Source: Heterodontus francisci
Taxonomy: Eukaryota
DNA: 64,000 bases
Direction of reading: 5' to 3'
Assembly: GCF_036365525.1 (NCBI RefSeq)
Contig: NC_090383.1
Location: forward strand, 114,206,531 to 114,270,530
Part shown: one piece after another, positions 13,800 to 26,300 of the stretch
Numbering within the stretch: the first letter of the stretch is position 1
How the letters are laid out: each line of letters opens with the position of its first letter
Notes under the pieces: generated by a model
The model's input: the letters and a program-made list of their open reading frames with translations, nothing else
What the model was told of the DNA's origin: nothing
The model's database searches: none
Position numbers and translations under genes: made by a program

Positions 13800-15460
13800 T
13801 TTTTTAATTCATTCATGGTTGTGGGCATCACTGGCAAGACCAGCATTTATTGCTCATCCCTAATTGCCCTTGAGAAGGTGGTGGTGAGCTGCCTTCTTGA
13901 CCCGCTGTAATCCACCCACAGTGCTGTTAGGAAGGGAGTTTCAGGATTTTGACCCAGCGACGATGAAGCATGGTATGCGACCTGGAGGGGAACTTGCAGG
14001 TGGTGGTGTTCCCATACCCCTGCTGCCCTTGTTCCTCTAGGAGGTAGACGTCACAGGTTTGGAAGGTGCTGTCAAAGAAGTCTTGGCAAGTTGCTGCAGT
14101 GTATCTTGTAGATGGTGTTAAAGGCCTGCTACCCAACCTGGACCCAACGATGTGTCGGATTCGGGTTGGGTGGGGCCCTTCTTCCGGGTCCGGCTTTCGG
14201 GCTCGGGTCGGGTCGGGCCGGACACACAGGCTAAATGCTCTGCCGGTAACTATTAAAAATAAAAAACTTACCTGAGCTGGGAGTCTGGGACAAAACGGAG
14301 TCTGCACAGTGAGAGAGTGATGTCACTATGACGACATCACGCATGCGCTCCAGCTTTGTGGAGCTTCCCAGTCGGAAGGTAAGTACAGGGATGGTCGGGC
14401 CTTGTGGGGTCGGTCTCAGGTTGGGTTGGGCTCAGGGCTAAATTGGAGGGACTCAGGCTCGGGCCCACTGTGGATCGGTCGGGTTCGGGTCCGGGTCCGG
14501 GTCAGGGTCAGGTTCTTTTTCCCAACCTAAGCAGGCCTTTAGATGGTGTGCACTGAAGCCATGGCGCACCAGTGGAGGAGGGAGGGAATACTTAAGGTGG
14601 TGGATGGGAAGCCAATCAAGCGGGATGCTTTGTCCCAGATGGTGTTGAGCTTCTTGAGTATTGTTGCACCTCCACTCACCCAGGTAAGTGGAGAATATTC
14701 CATCACACTGCTGACTTGTGCCTTATAGATGGTGGACAGGCTTTGGAGAGTTGTGAGATGAGTTACTTGCTGCAGAATACTCATCCCATGAGCTATTCTT
14801 ATAGTCACTGTATTTATGTGGCTGGTCCAGTTCAGTTTCTGTACAATGGTGACCCCCAGGATGTTGGTGGGGAATTCAGCGATGGTAATGCCATTGAACA
14901 TCAAGGGGAGGTAGTTAGACTCTCTTTTGTTGGAGATGGTCATTGCCTGGCACTTGTGTGTCACAAATGCTACTTGCCACTTATCAGCCCAAGCCTGAAT
15001 GTTGTCCAGGTCTCGCTGAATGCCAGCACAGACTGCTTCAGTATCTGAGGAGTTGTGAATGGTGTTGTACACTGCGTAATAATCAGTGAACATCCGCACT
15101 TCTAACCTTATGATGGAGGGAAGGTCATTGATTAAGCAACTGAAGATGTTTGGGCCTCGGACTCTACTCTGAGGAACTCCTGGTGCAATGTTCTGGGGCT
15201 GAGATGATTGGCCTCCAACAACCACAACCTTTGGGATAGGAATGACTCCAGTCAGTGGAGATTCCCATTGGCTTCAATTTCACCAGGACTCATTGATGCC
15301 ACCCTCGATCAAATGCTGCCTTGATGTCAAGGGCAATCACTCTCACCTCACCTCAGGAATTCAGCTCTTTTGTCCTTGTTTGGACCAAGGCTGTAATGAG
15401 GTCTGTAGCTGAGTAGCCCTGGCAGAACCCAAACTGAGTATTGGTGAGCAGGTTATTGAT
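13800..15460 (-). mobile_element. CR1-superclade LINE family B, RT and 3' fragment, interrupted by a MITE
   Basis: 228-aa frame GVPQ...INDLP...FTD...WADKWQVAF...KCQAMTIS; 3' tail GGGATGAGCAATAAATGCTGG. Confidence 0.85.
14119..14541. mobile_element. Non-autonomous hAT-type DNA transposon (MITE), 423 bp
   Basis: Perfect 12-bp TIRs TAAAGGCCTGCT (14119-14130) / AGCAGGCCTTTA (14530-14541), 8-bp TSD GATGGTGT (14111-14118 and 14542-14549), subterminal CGGGT repeats; the interrupted LINE resumes on either side. Confidence 0.9.
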
Positions 15461-16149
15461 TAGGTTAAAATTGCCCTGTTGGTGTCAGCTCTGTTATTGG
15501 AGAGGAAAACCTTTTACTATAATAATGTATATTTATTTTCTTTGCACTTATTATAAGCAACATCACTCAGGCGGGAATGGGGTGTTGGTGCTTTCTCATA
15601 TTACTGTTTCCAGCCTAAAGACCAACCAAACTGTCAGTATACTGTTAAGCCTGGCTGAGAGTTCCCAGCCTGAATGCTTCTGCCTTGTCCCATTGCCACA
15701 ATGATGTGCTGCCATCTAATGGATGATTGGGTCCCTATCATGGAGTCCATTTCTGCATAACCCATATCAGTTGCCATCCCATTAAGCACAACTGCACTGG
15801 TATCATAATTAGATCTGGCCAAACAGAACTGTTGTTAATAATGGTTTGAGGCCTAAGAAAACACCAATATAGTTCAATGTTAAACAAAAACAAGAAATGC
15901 TGGAATCACTCAGCAGGTCTGGCAGCATCTGTGGAAAGAGAAGCAGAGTTAACGTTTCGGGTCAATGTTAAGTTTGATACACAGCTCCGCCATGACACAG
16001 TATTGCAAAGATGATTCCAGACGATTCTCATCAGTCATCATAGCACTTGTGGGTTAGTGTTGTGCTTCAGGTCATCCGAAATTGTGTGCTTTACTTTGGA
16101 CTCAAGATCAGAGTTCATTTCTCAGGATTATATAATAAATGGTACAATA

Positions 16150-16940
16150 AATATTGGGAAGACTGAAGCCATTGTCTTTGGTCCCTACCACAAACTTTGC
16201 TCCCTCGCCATCAACTCCATCCCTCTTCCTGGCAACTGTCTGAAGCTGAACCAGACTGTTTATAACCCCATATCTGACCACAAGACCACATATGATGACA
16301 CACCTAAGACTGCCTATTTCCACCATAGTAACATCACCTGCCCCTGCCTCAGCTCTTCCACTGCTGAAACCCTCATCCATGCCTTCATTGCCTCCAGACT
16401 TGACTATTCCAACATATTCCTGATTGACCGCCCACATTCTACCCTCTGTAAACTTGAGGTCATCCAAAACTCTGCTGCAAGCCTCCTAAATTGACCAAAT
16501 TCCACTTAGCCACCACCTCTGTGCTCACTGACCTACACTGGCTCCCAGTCAAGCAACCCTTGATTTTAAAATTCTCATTCTTGTTTTCAAATCCCTCCAT
16601 GACACCACCCCTCCCTATCTCCTCCAGCTCTTCAAACCTCTGAGATATCTGCACTTCTATAATTCTGGCCTCTTCAGCAGCCCATTTTAATCATTCCACC
16701 ATTGGTGCCTGTGCCTTTAACTGCCTAGGCCCTCAGTTGTCCCAAGCTCTGGAATTCCCTCCCTAAACCTCTCTACCTTGCTTTCCTCCTTTAAAACCTT
16801 CCTTAAAACTAAACTTTTTGACCAAGCTTTTGGTCATCTGCACTAATATCTCCTTTTGTGACTCGGTGTCATATCTTGTTTATAATGCCCGTGAAGCACC
16901 CGAGGTCATTTTATTAAAGGTGTTATATAAATACAAGTGG
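16150..16940 (+). mobile_element. L2 LINE 3' fragment
   Basis: KTEAIVFG...AETLIHAFIASRLDYSN and LHWLPV-type motifs, with an L2 tail ...TTATATAAATACAAGT. Confidence 0.85.
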
Positions 16941-17424
16941 AGAAAGTGGTGGGAAGACTGTACTGATGGGCCAAATGACCAATTCTGATTATTATAATAA
17001 AATAATTTCTGCTGGAACTTCAATATTTCCAGTCTATGAAAATTCTCTTGAAGGTAAAGGATCAACATTAGCATCAGTTGTGTGAAACAAAAAAGGTTTT
17101 ATTAGATTATTTGGTCCCATAGGTCATGTGGGAAAAAATTGAAAATAGCTGTCCCTTTTCCTCACTTCAATAAATTATTCACTCAGACACTTGTGTCCCT
17201 CACAATTTCAACTGAAGTTTCATTCCAGTGATAGAGTGAAAGTGGGAAGTTATCACATGGTTACATTAACTGTAATGTTAAAACATGTTAACTGCCCCAT
17301 TCATAGTTTGGTGTACTGGCACTCCCATATGCAGTATGTCTGTGCATGGGTGATTAATACACAGCCTTACAAGTCACTTTGCAGAATAGCTTTTCCTTTC
17401 CAAACAGTGAAAACTTGATTCAAG

Positions 17425-17430
17425 TTTATT
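17425..17430 (-). terminator. Candidate polyadenylation signal (AATAAA) for INTS9
   Basis: TTTATT on + with TGTA motifs upstream and a T/GT-rich tract downstream on the minus strand; it would give a ~2.8-kb 3' UTR. Not unique (another TTTATT at ~17684). Confidence 0.35.
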
Positions 17431-19119
17431 TACAGTAAAACATTGTACACATTGATACAACATCCCTTAAGAATGTCACGTTGGTAAAAATAGGATTTCA
17501 AAATAATTACACTGTCAAGTATTGATAATTGAGACGACTCGGCCCATCTAGCTTTCCTGGTGTCAACCAGATGCCAAAAGTAACACCTTTGATAATAATG
17601 GATACCCAGAGGGGAGTTAGAGAGCAAAGTGAGGGAATGATGAAGTAAATGAAAAATAAATCTGAAATCTAATACCACAATTATTTATTAAAGCAGCTAA
17701 TGGATTCCTGATTAGAATGTTGCTTTCCCAAGAGTTAAAATAGTGCTGAAACTACTTCAGATTTTAAATGCTAAAATTATGCTGCTTCTCATTTGTCATT
17801 CTATTACACTGGAAACCTTGCATGTCAATACACTATTGTTCCTTTTTCAACAAAACTCAGTAGTGAAAGATCATCAGCCTGAAATATTAACACTCTTTCT
17901 CTCCACAGATGCTGCCTGACCTCCTGAGTGTTTTCCAGGGTGAACCAAATTCAAATTGATGATGTTAGTTACATAGCAAACAGAATGAGTGACCTATATC
18001 ATCATCAGATAGCAGCAAGTGTTATAAATAACTACAGAGCCAAGACTACAAAACTGCAATGTTTGGGTGGAATGCCACCAGGGTTGGTGAATTGGAAGAG
18101 GTCTCATATTTACTCCACCAGCAGTACTGGTATGAAGCAGCATTTGTACAGGGTCTTTCCACAATGTACATGGGTCAGACATTCAGATTTGTAGCGGTGA
18201 ACTGTAAATTAAAAGCACACATAAAATGCTCAATAATCCCTGCTTCTCTGGACTCTTGTCAAAATTGAAGTCCCTTATCCCTGGTACTATTCCTGTAAAT
18301 CTCCTCCACATTTCTCCAAGGCCTTGACATTGTTCCTAAAGTGAGGTGCCCAGAATTGAACACAATACTCCAGCTGGGACCTAACTAGTGATTGGTAATG
18401 GTATTAGTCACTCTTTGCATGAAGAAGTGGCTTCTGGCTTTACCAGTTTTTACTCATGTCTGCTTGTCGGGCAATTATTTTTTAATTTAAAGTAGTTCTC
18501 TAGATTAATGTTTTCTATCTCCCCCATGTTATAAGCCATTATAAAGGTTCCTTCTTGCTCATCATCTTTCAAGGTGAGCTTTTACTCTTGCATTTCCTAC
18601 CAACTTTTGTTTTCTGATAGTAGAGTTACAAATTTACACTTTCATTAAAAAAAGAAAATACACTTGAAACAAAATATAAAAATCCTCAGACAACAATAAG
18701 CTATTAAAAATGTAGAAATGATCCAAGCAAGCCTGCTAATTACACTTGTGTACGGCCTCAAAGCCTACTGGACTTGTGGTCGCAATGCGCTCTAACAAAT
18801 AGTCAGTGGATTCTAAAAAGCAGTCCACTGTGTGAAGCACTTTGAGAGCATGATGAGGAGCTATGGAAATGACATTGCTAAGTCAGATGTCAATCAATGC
18901 CTATGTTTGCTATTGGACAACAATGTGGGGCGCAGTAAAAAAAAACGGTCCTTCGTCAGATGATTTCTGGTCATCATTTTATAAAATATACATTGCAAAT
19001 AGGGTAACCTAAAAAAATCAACTGGAAGCCATTTTCAGCAAGCTTGCAATGAAGGTGTCATGAGCCTGTACTTATGGGATTTGTTGCACATCAAGGACTT
19101 GAAGATCCGTGACATAGAA

Positions 19120-19550
19120 AGACTTGCATTTATACAGCTCCTTTCACAACCACAGGACGTCCCAAACAGTTTGCAACCAATAAAGTACTTTTGAAGTGTC
19201 GTCACTGTCAGATATGTGGCAGCCAATTTGCAAGCTACCACAACAGTAAAGTGATAATGAGCAAATAATGTGTTTTACTGGTATTAACTGGGGGATAAAT
19301 ATTGGCCACATCACCAGGGAGAACTCCCTTGTTCTTTTTCTACATAGTGCCCTGTGATCTTTTACATCCACCCAGGAGGTTGACAGGGGCATTTGTTTAA
19401 TGTTTCTTCAAAAAGACGGGACCTCTGACAGTGCAGCACTCCCTCGGTACTGCAATGGAGTGTCAGCCTATATTTTTGTGCTCAAGACTCTGGAGTGAGA
19501 ATAGAACCCACAACCGTCTGACTCAGAGACAAGAGTGCTATCAAGCTGAC
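19120..19550 (-). mobile_element. DeuSINE-like SINE, near full length, within the putative INTS9 3' UTR
   Basis: Same family as 11955-12332. Confidence 0.75.
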
Positions 19551-20212
19551 ATCAGCATCAGGTCATCAGCTGATTAAATCCCCCCCACATACATGTAAAA
19601 CAAAATTCTATCTGTATATCAGGGAGTGAGTTCAATGCTATTATCTAGTCTTGAGGATAAGATGAAAGTTTTAAATGTTTCAAGATTCATACTTGCAGTT
19701 ATGTCATCATCTGCTCATACCTGCCCTTGAACAGAAGATTAAGGGCTGATCTAATTGAGAGTAGTTAAGATAATGAAAGGATTTGATAGGGTAGAAAGAG
19801 AGAGAGAGACACACACACACAAACTACTTCCTCTGACTGGGGAGTCCAGAACAATGGTGCCATAACCTTAAAATTTGAGCTAGGCTGTTCAGAGGTGATG
19901 TCAGAAAGTACTTCTTTACACAAAGGGTAGTGGAAATCTGGAACTGTCTCCAGAAGCTGTTGAGGATAGAGAGTCAATTGAAAATTGCAAAACTGAAATC
20001 AAAAGATTGTTAGCTAAGGTTATTAAGTGTTATAGAACCAAGACGGAGTTAAGGCACAGAAATGGTAGTAAAGGCTCAAGGGGCTAAATGGCCTACTCCT
20101 GTTCCTACAACACTGCACAGTTCCCTCTAATGACTTGCTACATCGCGCTCCAGTCAGCGAGTCCAAAATACAAAAGCCACTGAAATAGGTCACTGAAAGG
20201 TCAGAACCTCAG

Positions 20213-20389
20213 TCACAGCTTCTGCAGAAATTTGAGGACTAAGTCTCGGAGTTTGGTGCGAAGTGGCTCATTGTTATCGCAAATAATATGCGTCGAATCT
20301 TCTTCAATTTGAACCAGAGTGTCTTCAGACTGAAGGTGGACGATGTGTCCCTCCGGCGTGTCCTCAACCTTGACATCTGTGATGCCATG
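20213..20389 (-). CDS. INTS9: INTS9 exon 17 coding part (terminal)
   Basis: [58 protein letters not shown], 177 nt. Confidence 0.97.
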   Translation of the reverse strand, partial: HGITDVKVEDTPEGHIVHLQSEDTLVQIEEDSTHIICDNNEPLRTKLRDLVLKFLQKL

Positions 20390-23300
20390 CTGTGGAGAAA
20401 TGAGGGGACAATTTACTGAGAGCAGAGAAGAGTGCATCCAGCTACTCCACTGGTGAAAGCTGTACCCTCATCCAAACGCTATTTAAAAAAGAAAAACACA
20501 AGTGGTTGTGTGGTACACTGTGTTGGGATATCAGTGTATTGTGCCACAGGAATGGGGAAATAGGGACTGAATTCCCCTCATATCACTAAGCTCCCTCCCT
20601 CAGGATCAAACTACTTCCTGACGCTCACAAATTGTTAACATTGGTCACAGGCAGGGCCAGAGCACTGACGTGAAAAAGAATTCCTTCCAAAAAACTGCAT
20701 TCACTACGGACAAAAGCAAAATACTGCAGATGCTTGAAATCTGAAATAAAAACAGAATACTGGAAATATTCAGCAGCCCTGGCAGCATTCGCCAAGGGTG
20801 TTTACCAGGTTCTATTATCAGCCATTGGAACATAGTGAGCAAGATAGAAAAGGGGCTCCTTCAGTTAATCTGCTCAGTCTCTGGAGAATGACAGGGGACT
20901 GCCAATCTTCACCAACTCACCCTCTCCAACACAAACCATGACCCTGCCCTGGTGAATCCACATGGAGGCAGAAAGCTGGAAACTATAGGCCAGTTAACCT
21001 AAAATCTGTCATAGGGAAAAAGCTAGAATCCATTATGAAGGAGGTAATAGCAGGACATCTAGAAAATCATAATACAATCAGGCAGAGACCACATGGTTTT
21101 GTGAAAGGGAAATCATGTTTGACTAATTTAAGTTCTTTGAGGAAATGACAAGCAAGGTGGATAAAGGGGAACCTGTAGATGTGGTGTACTTGGATTTCCA
21201 AAAGGGAATCAATAAGGTGCCATATCAAAGGTCAGTACACAAAATAAGAGCTCATGGTGTAGGGGGTAACATATTAGCATGGATAGAGGATTGGTTAGAT
21301 AACAGGAAGCAGAGAGTAAGGATAAATGGGTCATTTCTGGGTTGGCAAGCTGTAACTGGTGGAGTGCCACAGGGCCTCAACTGTGTATATCAATGAGTTG
21401 GATGAAAAGTATGGTAGCTAAATTTGCTGATGACACAAAGATAAGTAGGAAAGTAAGCTGTCAAGAGGACAAAATCTACAAAGGGATTTAGATAGGTTAA
21501 GTGAGTGGCAAAAATCTGGCAGATAAGAGTATAATGTGGGAATATGTGAACTTGTCCACTTTGGCAGGAAGAATAGAAAAGCAGTATATTATTTGAATGG
21601 AGAGAGACTGCAAAACTCTACAGTACAGAGAGATCTGGCACATGAATCACAAAAAATTATTATGCAGATACAGCAAATGATTAGGAAGGCAAATGGAATG
21701 TAGGTGTTTATTGCAAGGGGAATAGAGTATAAAAGTAGGGAAGTGTTGCTACAGATGTGCAGGCCTTAGTTAGACCACATCTGGAATATTGTGTACAGTT
21801 TTGGTCTCCTTACTTAAGGAAGGATATAATTGCATTAGAAGCAATTCAGAGAAGGTTCACTCGACTGATTCCTGGGATGAAGGGGTTATCTTATGAGGAA
21901 AGGTTGAGCAGGTTGAGCCTTTACCCATTGGAGTTTAAGAAGAAAGACAGGTGATGTAACTGAAACATACAAGGTCCACTTTGGTAGGAAATGCAGAGTA
22001 TTTCTTAAGTGGTGAGAGATTGGGAAGTGTTGATGTCCAAAGGGACCTGGGTGTCCTTGTTCATAAGTCATTGAAAGCTAACATGTAGATTCAGCAAGCA
22101 GTTAGAAAAGCAAATGGTATGCTGGCCTTTATTGTAAGAGGATTTGAGTACAGGAGTAAGGAAGTCTTGCTGCATATGTATAGAGCCTTGGTGAGACTGC
22201 ACCCGGAGTATTGTATACAGTTTTGGTCTGCTTACCTAAGGAAGGATATACTTGCCATAGAGGGAATGCAATGAAGGTTCACCAGACTAATCCCTGGGAT
22301 GGCGGGATTGTCCTATGAGGAGAGATTGAGTAGACTGGGCCAATATTCTCCAGAGCTTAGATGAATGAGAGGTAATCTTATTGAAGCATACAAAATTCTG
22401 AGTGCTCGACAGGGTAGATGCAGGAAGGATATTTCCCCTGGTTGATGGGGGTGGTGGGGGGGGGGCAGTCTAGAACCAGGCGATACAGTCTCAGAATAAG
22501 AGGTAGGCCATTCAGGACTGAGATGAGGAAGAATTTCTTCACTCAGAGAGTGGTGAATTTTTGGAATTCCCTACCCCAGAGGGCTGTGGAGGTTCAGTCA
22601 TTGAGTATATTCAAGATAGAGATCAATTTCTAGACATTAAAGCTATCAAGGGATATGGGGATAGTTCAGAAAGATGGCATTGTGGCAGATCAGCCATGAT
22701 CCATTTGAATGGCAGAGCAGGTACGAGGGGCTGAATGGCCTGCTCCTGATTCCTGTGTTTTTGTGTTGTGTTCTTATTTACATACAGATGCAGAGCAGAT
22801 CATAGAATAATTCAATCATAAAACAGTTACACATATTTGTAAAAGACTTTAAACAAAGCATTTAACGGTGACATTTGGGTAAGGTTTTAACCAGAAGAAT
22901 TACCTTCTGCATTAATGTGCAGAATATATGTGGGGTTGGAGGAAGGGAGGTGTTTTACCTCAAACAGGGAGAATGGAGAATGACTTCGCTAGAGTTAGGA
23001 TGGAGCTCCTTTGGTCACAATAAAGCAATTTAGCAATTACAATGTATTAGGGTCACTGCTGTGGTGAAGGCACTACCATCAAGCCTCAACTTTACAGGCA
23101 CTTAACTTGGAGATATTCTGTGTGTCTAAGAAGTTCAACAGTATGCCTTTATGCAGCACCTTTAACATACTAAAATGTCCCAAGGCGCTTCACAGTTGCA
23201 TTGTCAGACAAACTCCGAGCCACATCGGAGATATTGGGACAGGTGACTAAAAGCTTGACATAGGTTTTAAGCAGTGATTTAAAGAAGAGAGGTTTAGGAA

Positions 23301-26300
23301 GGGAATTCCAGAGTTAAGGGTCTTGGCAGCTGAAGGCACAGTCACCAATGATGGAGCAATGGAACCAGGGATGCGCAAGAGGCCAGAATTGTTTCAGAGG
23401 GCAATGTAGATATTTACCTTCTCTAGGCTCTGTACAAATTGTTCGATGGTGATCGAACCACACAGGAGTGGTTTGGGAGGTTTGAATTCGGGAGTATCAT
23501 CATTTACCCTCTTCCTCTTCTTGCCAGTTAGCTGCTGCACTGGCTTTGGGAGTGACTGCGAGAGAGAAGATTGCAATATGATAATGCATTTCGTAAGAAC
23601 ATAACAGAGCAAGTAAGGGCCACTCAAGGTTTTGCCCCACTGCCTTAATGGATGGCATATAATCATGAATTCTACACAAATGACTCAATCTCCTAAAGTA
23701 GTAAATCAAGCACAAAATTAAGCAATTTTGCTTCAGAATCAAATTTACTTCAAAATTACATCTCTGGGAGTATTGGCTATTTCAATAATTACGTAGGCAA
23801 GTCTGCATTATTCCAGTGTGCTGTTGATAATTAACCAATGGAGCAGGCTAATTGATGGAAAAAGGAGAGAGAAAGTAACAAAGAACGAATGAAAAACATG
23901 CATTTTACAACTTTAGGATGTCCCAAAGCACTTTACACTCAATGAATTTCTTCTGAGGTGGTGTTTCTGTTGTAACGTCAAGAAACTCTGTGGCCAATTT
24001 GTGCACAGCAAGCTCCCACAAACAGTAATGAGATAAATGACCAAACAATCTGTTTTAATTATGCTGGATGAAAATAAATATTGACCAGAATGTAGGGTGA
24101 ACTCCCTGCTCTTCTTTGAAATAATGCCATGGGATCTTTTACATCTGCTCAAGAGGGATGATGGGGCTTTTAGTTTATCATCTCCTCATCCCTGATCAAT
24201 AAAGCTATACCTATGTACTTATAACTTGAGCCAGCTTTGGTAAGTGCACAGGAGCAGGAATAAAGAGCAGTTAACCATGCTGGTGGGGGAAAAGTAAGAG
24301 AGGTAACCCAAATGGCATGCTATCCTGTGGTGCTCTAGTGTGTTGTCCTGCTGGCATCATTGTTTAAATAAATCACATGGAATTGAGATTAAATCAATCA
24401 AATCCTTCAGGTCTACTGGGTTAGTGCAACTTATCTCTACATGACTGACCTGCAGTATGTGTTTATTGTCTTTGGTCTGTAGTACTGCAGACACAGTTGC
24501 CATCGAGATGCCAGGTTTGATCTCAGAAGGCACGAGGGATTCTGCAAGCTGTAAAACAGTGATGGTACAAAGGAATTAAAATAGAGGAAAAAAAAGAAAA
24601 ATCCTGCATTTATGTAGCACCTCTCACAGCCACAGGATGTCTCGAAGCACTTTTTTTTTTTGAAGTGTAGTCACTGTTGTAGGAAATACGGCAGCCAATC
24701 TGCACACAGCAAGCTGCCAAGACAGCGATGTGATAATGACCAGGTCATTCCTTTCAGTGATGTTGGTTGAGGGATAAATATTGGCTAGGACACTGGGGAG
24801 AACTTCCCCCCACCTTTTCGACATAGTGCTATGGGATCTTTAACGTTCGTGGGAGGGCAGACAGGGCTTCAATATAATGTCTCATCCGAAGGACAGCACC
24901 TCCAACAGTGGAGCCCATTTCTTTCTTTTTATGTGTGTACAAAACTTGCAAAATAAGGAGTGATTAAAACACACCCCAACATATCATAACCCAGTGTCTT
25001 GGGAACCTAGCATTTAACACATTCTACACAAAGTATCATAGCATTTGTCACATGGTCTTTAAACTGCAAGCAGATACCAGTTTGAAGAGGCAGTATGGTG
25101 GGATTTCTCCCTGACACACTTCCTGACCAGTTCCACAGGGTAAGTATTCTGATCCCAGCCATTATGTTCCAGCAAATGTCTAAAGTAGAAGCTGGCATTA
25201 GTCTTCAGTACAACTGGAGAGTCCACGCTCATCTTCGCATATGGAATAGTGCATAGTTTGAGGGAGAGGGATGAAGAGTATAACAACATACTTAAAAAAA
25301 TGTATAATGGCACCAATAGGTTAAAGAAAACACCCACTTACATCAGGCATGAGCTCAATCTTCTCATAGCGCCGTTTGAAGGGGAGGGTCAGTACTTCAG
25401 CCCTTCGGTAGGCCATTGGTGGGGGCTGGCAGTCAATCATCAGATCTGTGCGGTGGGATTGGGCAGGTGGAGGTTGGGTGTATTGCTCCGGACACACAAC
25501 ATGTAATGGCTAGAAAAACAAAACAGGAAGTTTGGGGGGGGGTGGGAAAATAAAAAAAATTAAACAACAATCTTCAGATCGCCCTCACATCTGGACATTC
25601 ACGAATAATACGAGCATGAGAGGTCAGAAAAAGAAGCCGTCTTGTCTTGCCTGGGGCTGGTCGATCTTCACATTTCCACAAGTTTTAACGTGAGAAGACA
25701 TCACAGAGCAGAGATACAACAGGGAGATGGTAGCACAGTGATAATATTACTGGACTAGTAATCCAGAGGCCTGGATTAATAATCTGGAGATTTGTGTTCA
25801 AATCCCACCACTGCAGCTGAGGGAATTCAAATTCAATTAATGAATAAATCTGGAATAAAATGAGAGTCTCAATAATGATCATGAAACTAATGGATTGTCA
25901 TAAAAACCCATCTGGTTCACTAATGCCCTTCAGGGGATGAAATCTGCCATCCTTATCCGGTCTGGCCTACACGCGACTCCAGATCCACAGCAATGTGGTT
26001 GACTCTGCACAGGCCTCTGAAATGGCGTAGCAAGCCACTCAGTTGTATCAAACTGCTACAGAAAAAAAAGCACTGTGGGTGTACCTACACCACCACCTTC
26101 TCAAGGGCAATGAGGGATGGGCAATAAACGCTGGCCTTGCCAACGACGCTCACATCCCAAGAACAAATAAAAAAAACTTTCTGCACTAGCCAAATCGATG
26201 TCAAACAACTCTTGCCTTGTCTCATATAGTTCCAGAACCTCAGAACTTTAGTTGCATTTGTATTCGCACTTTGCTCATTATAATATTGTCGCTTTGGCAA

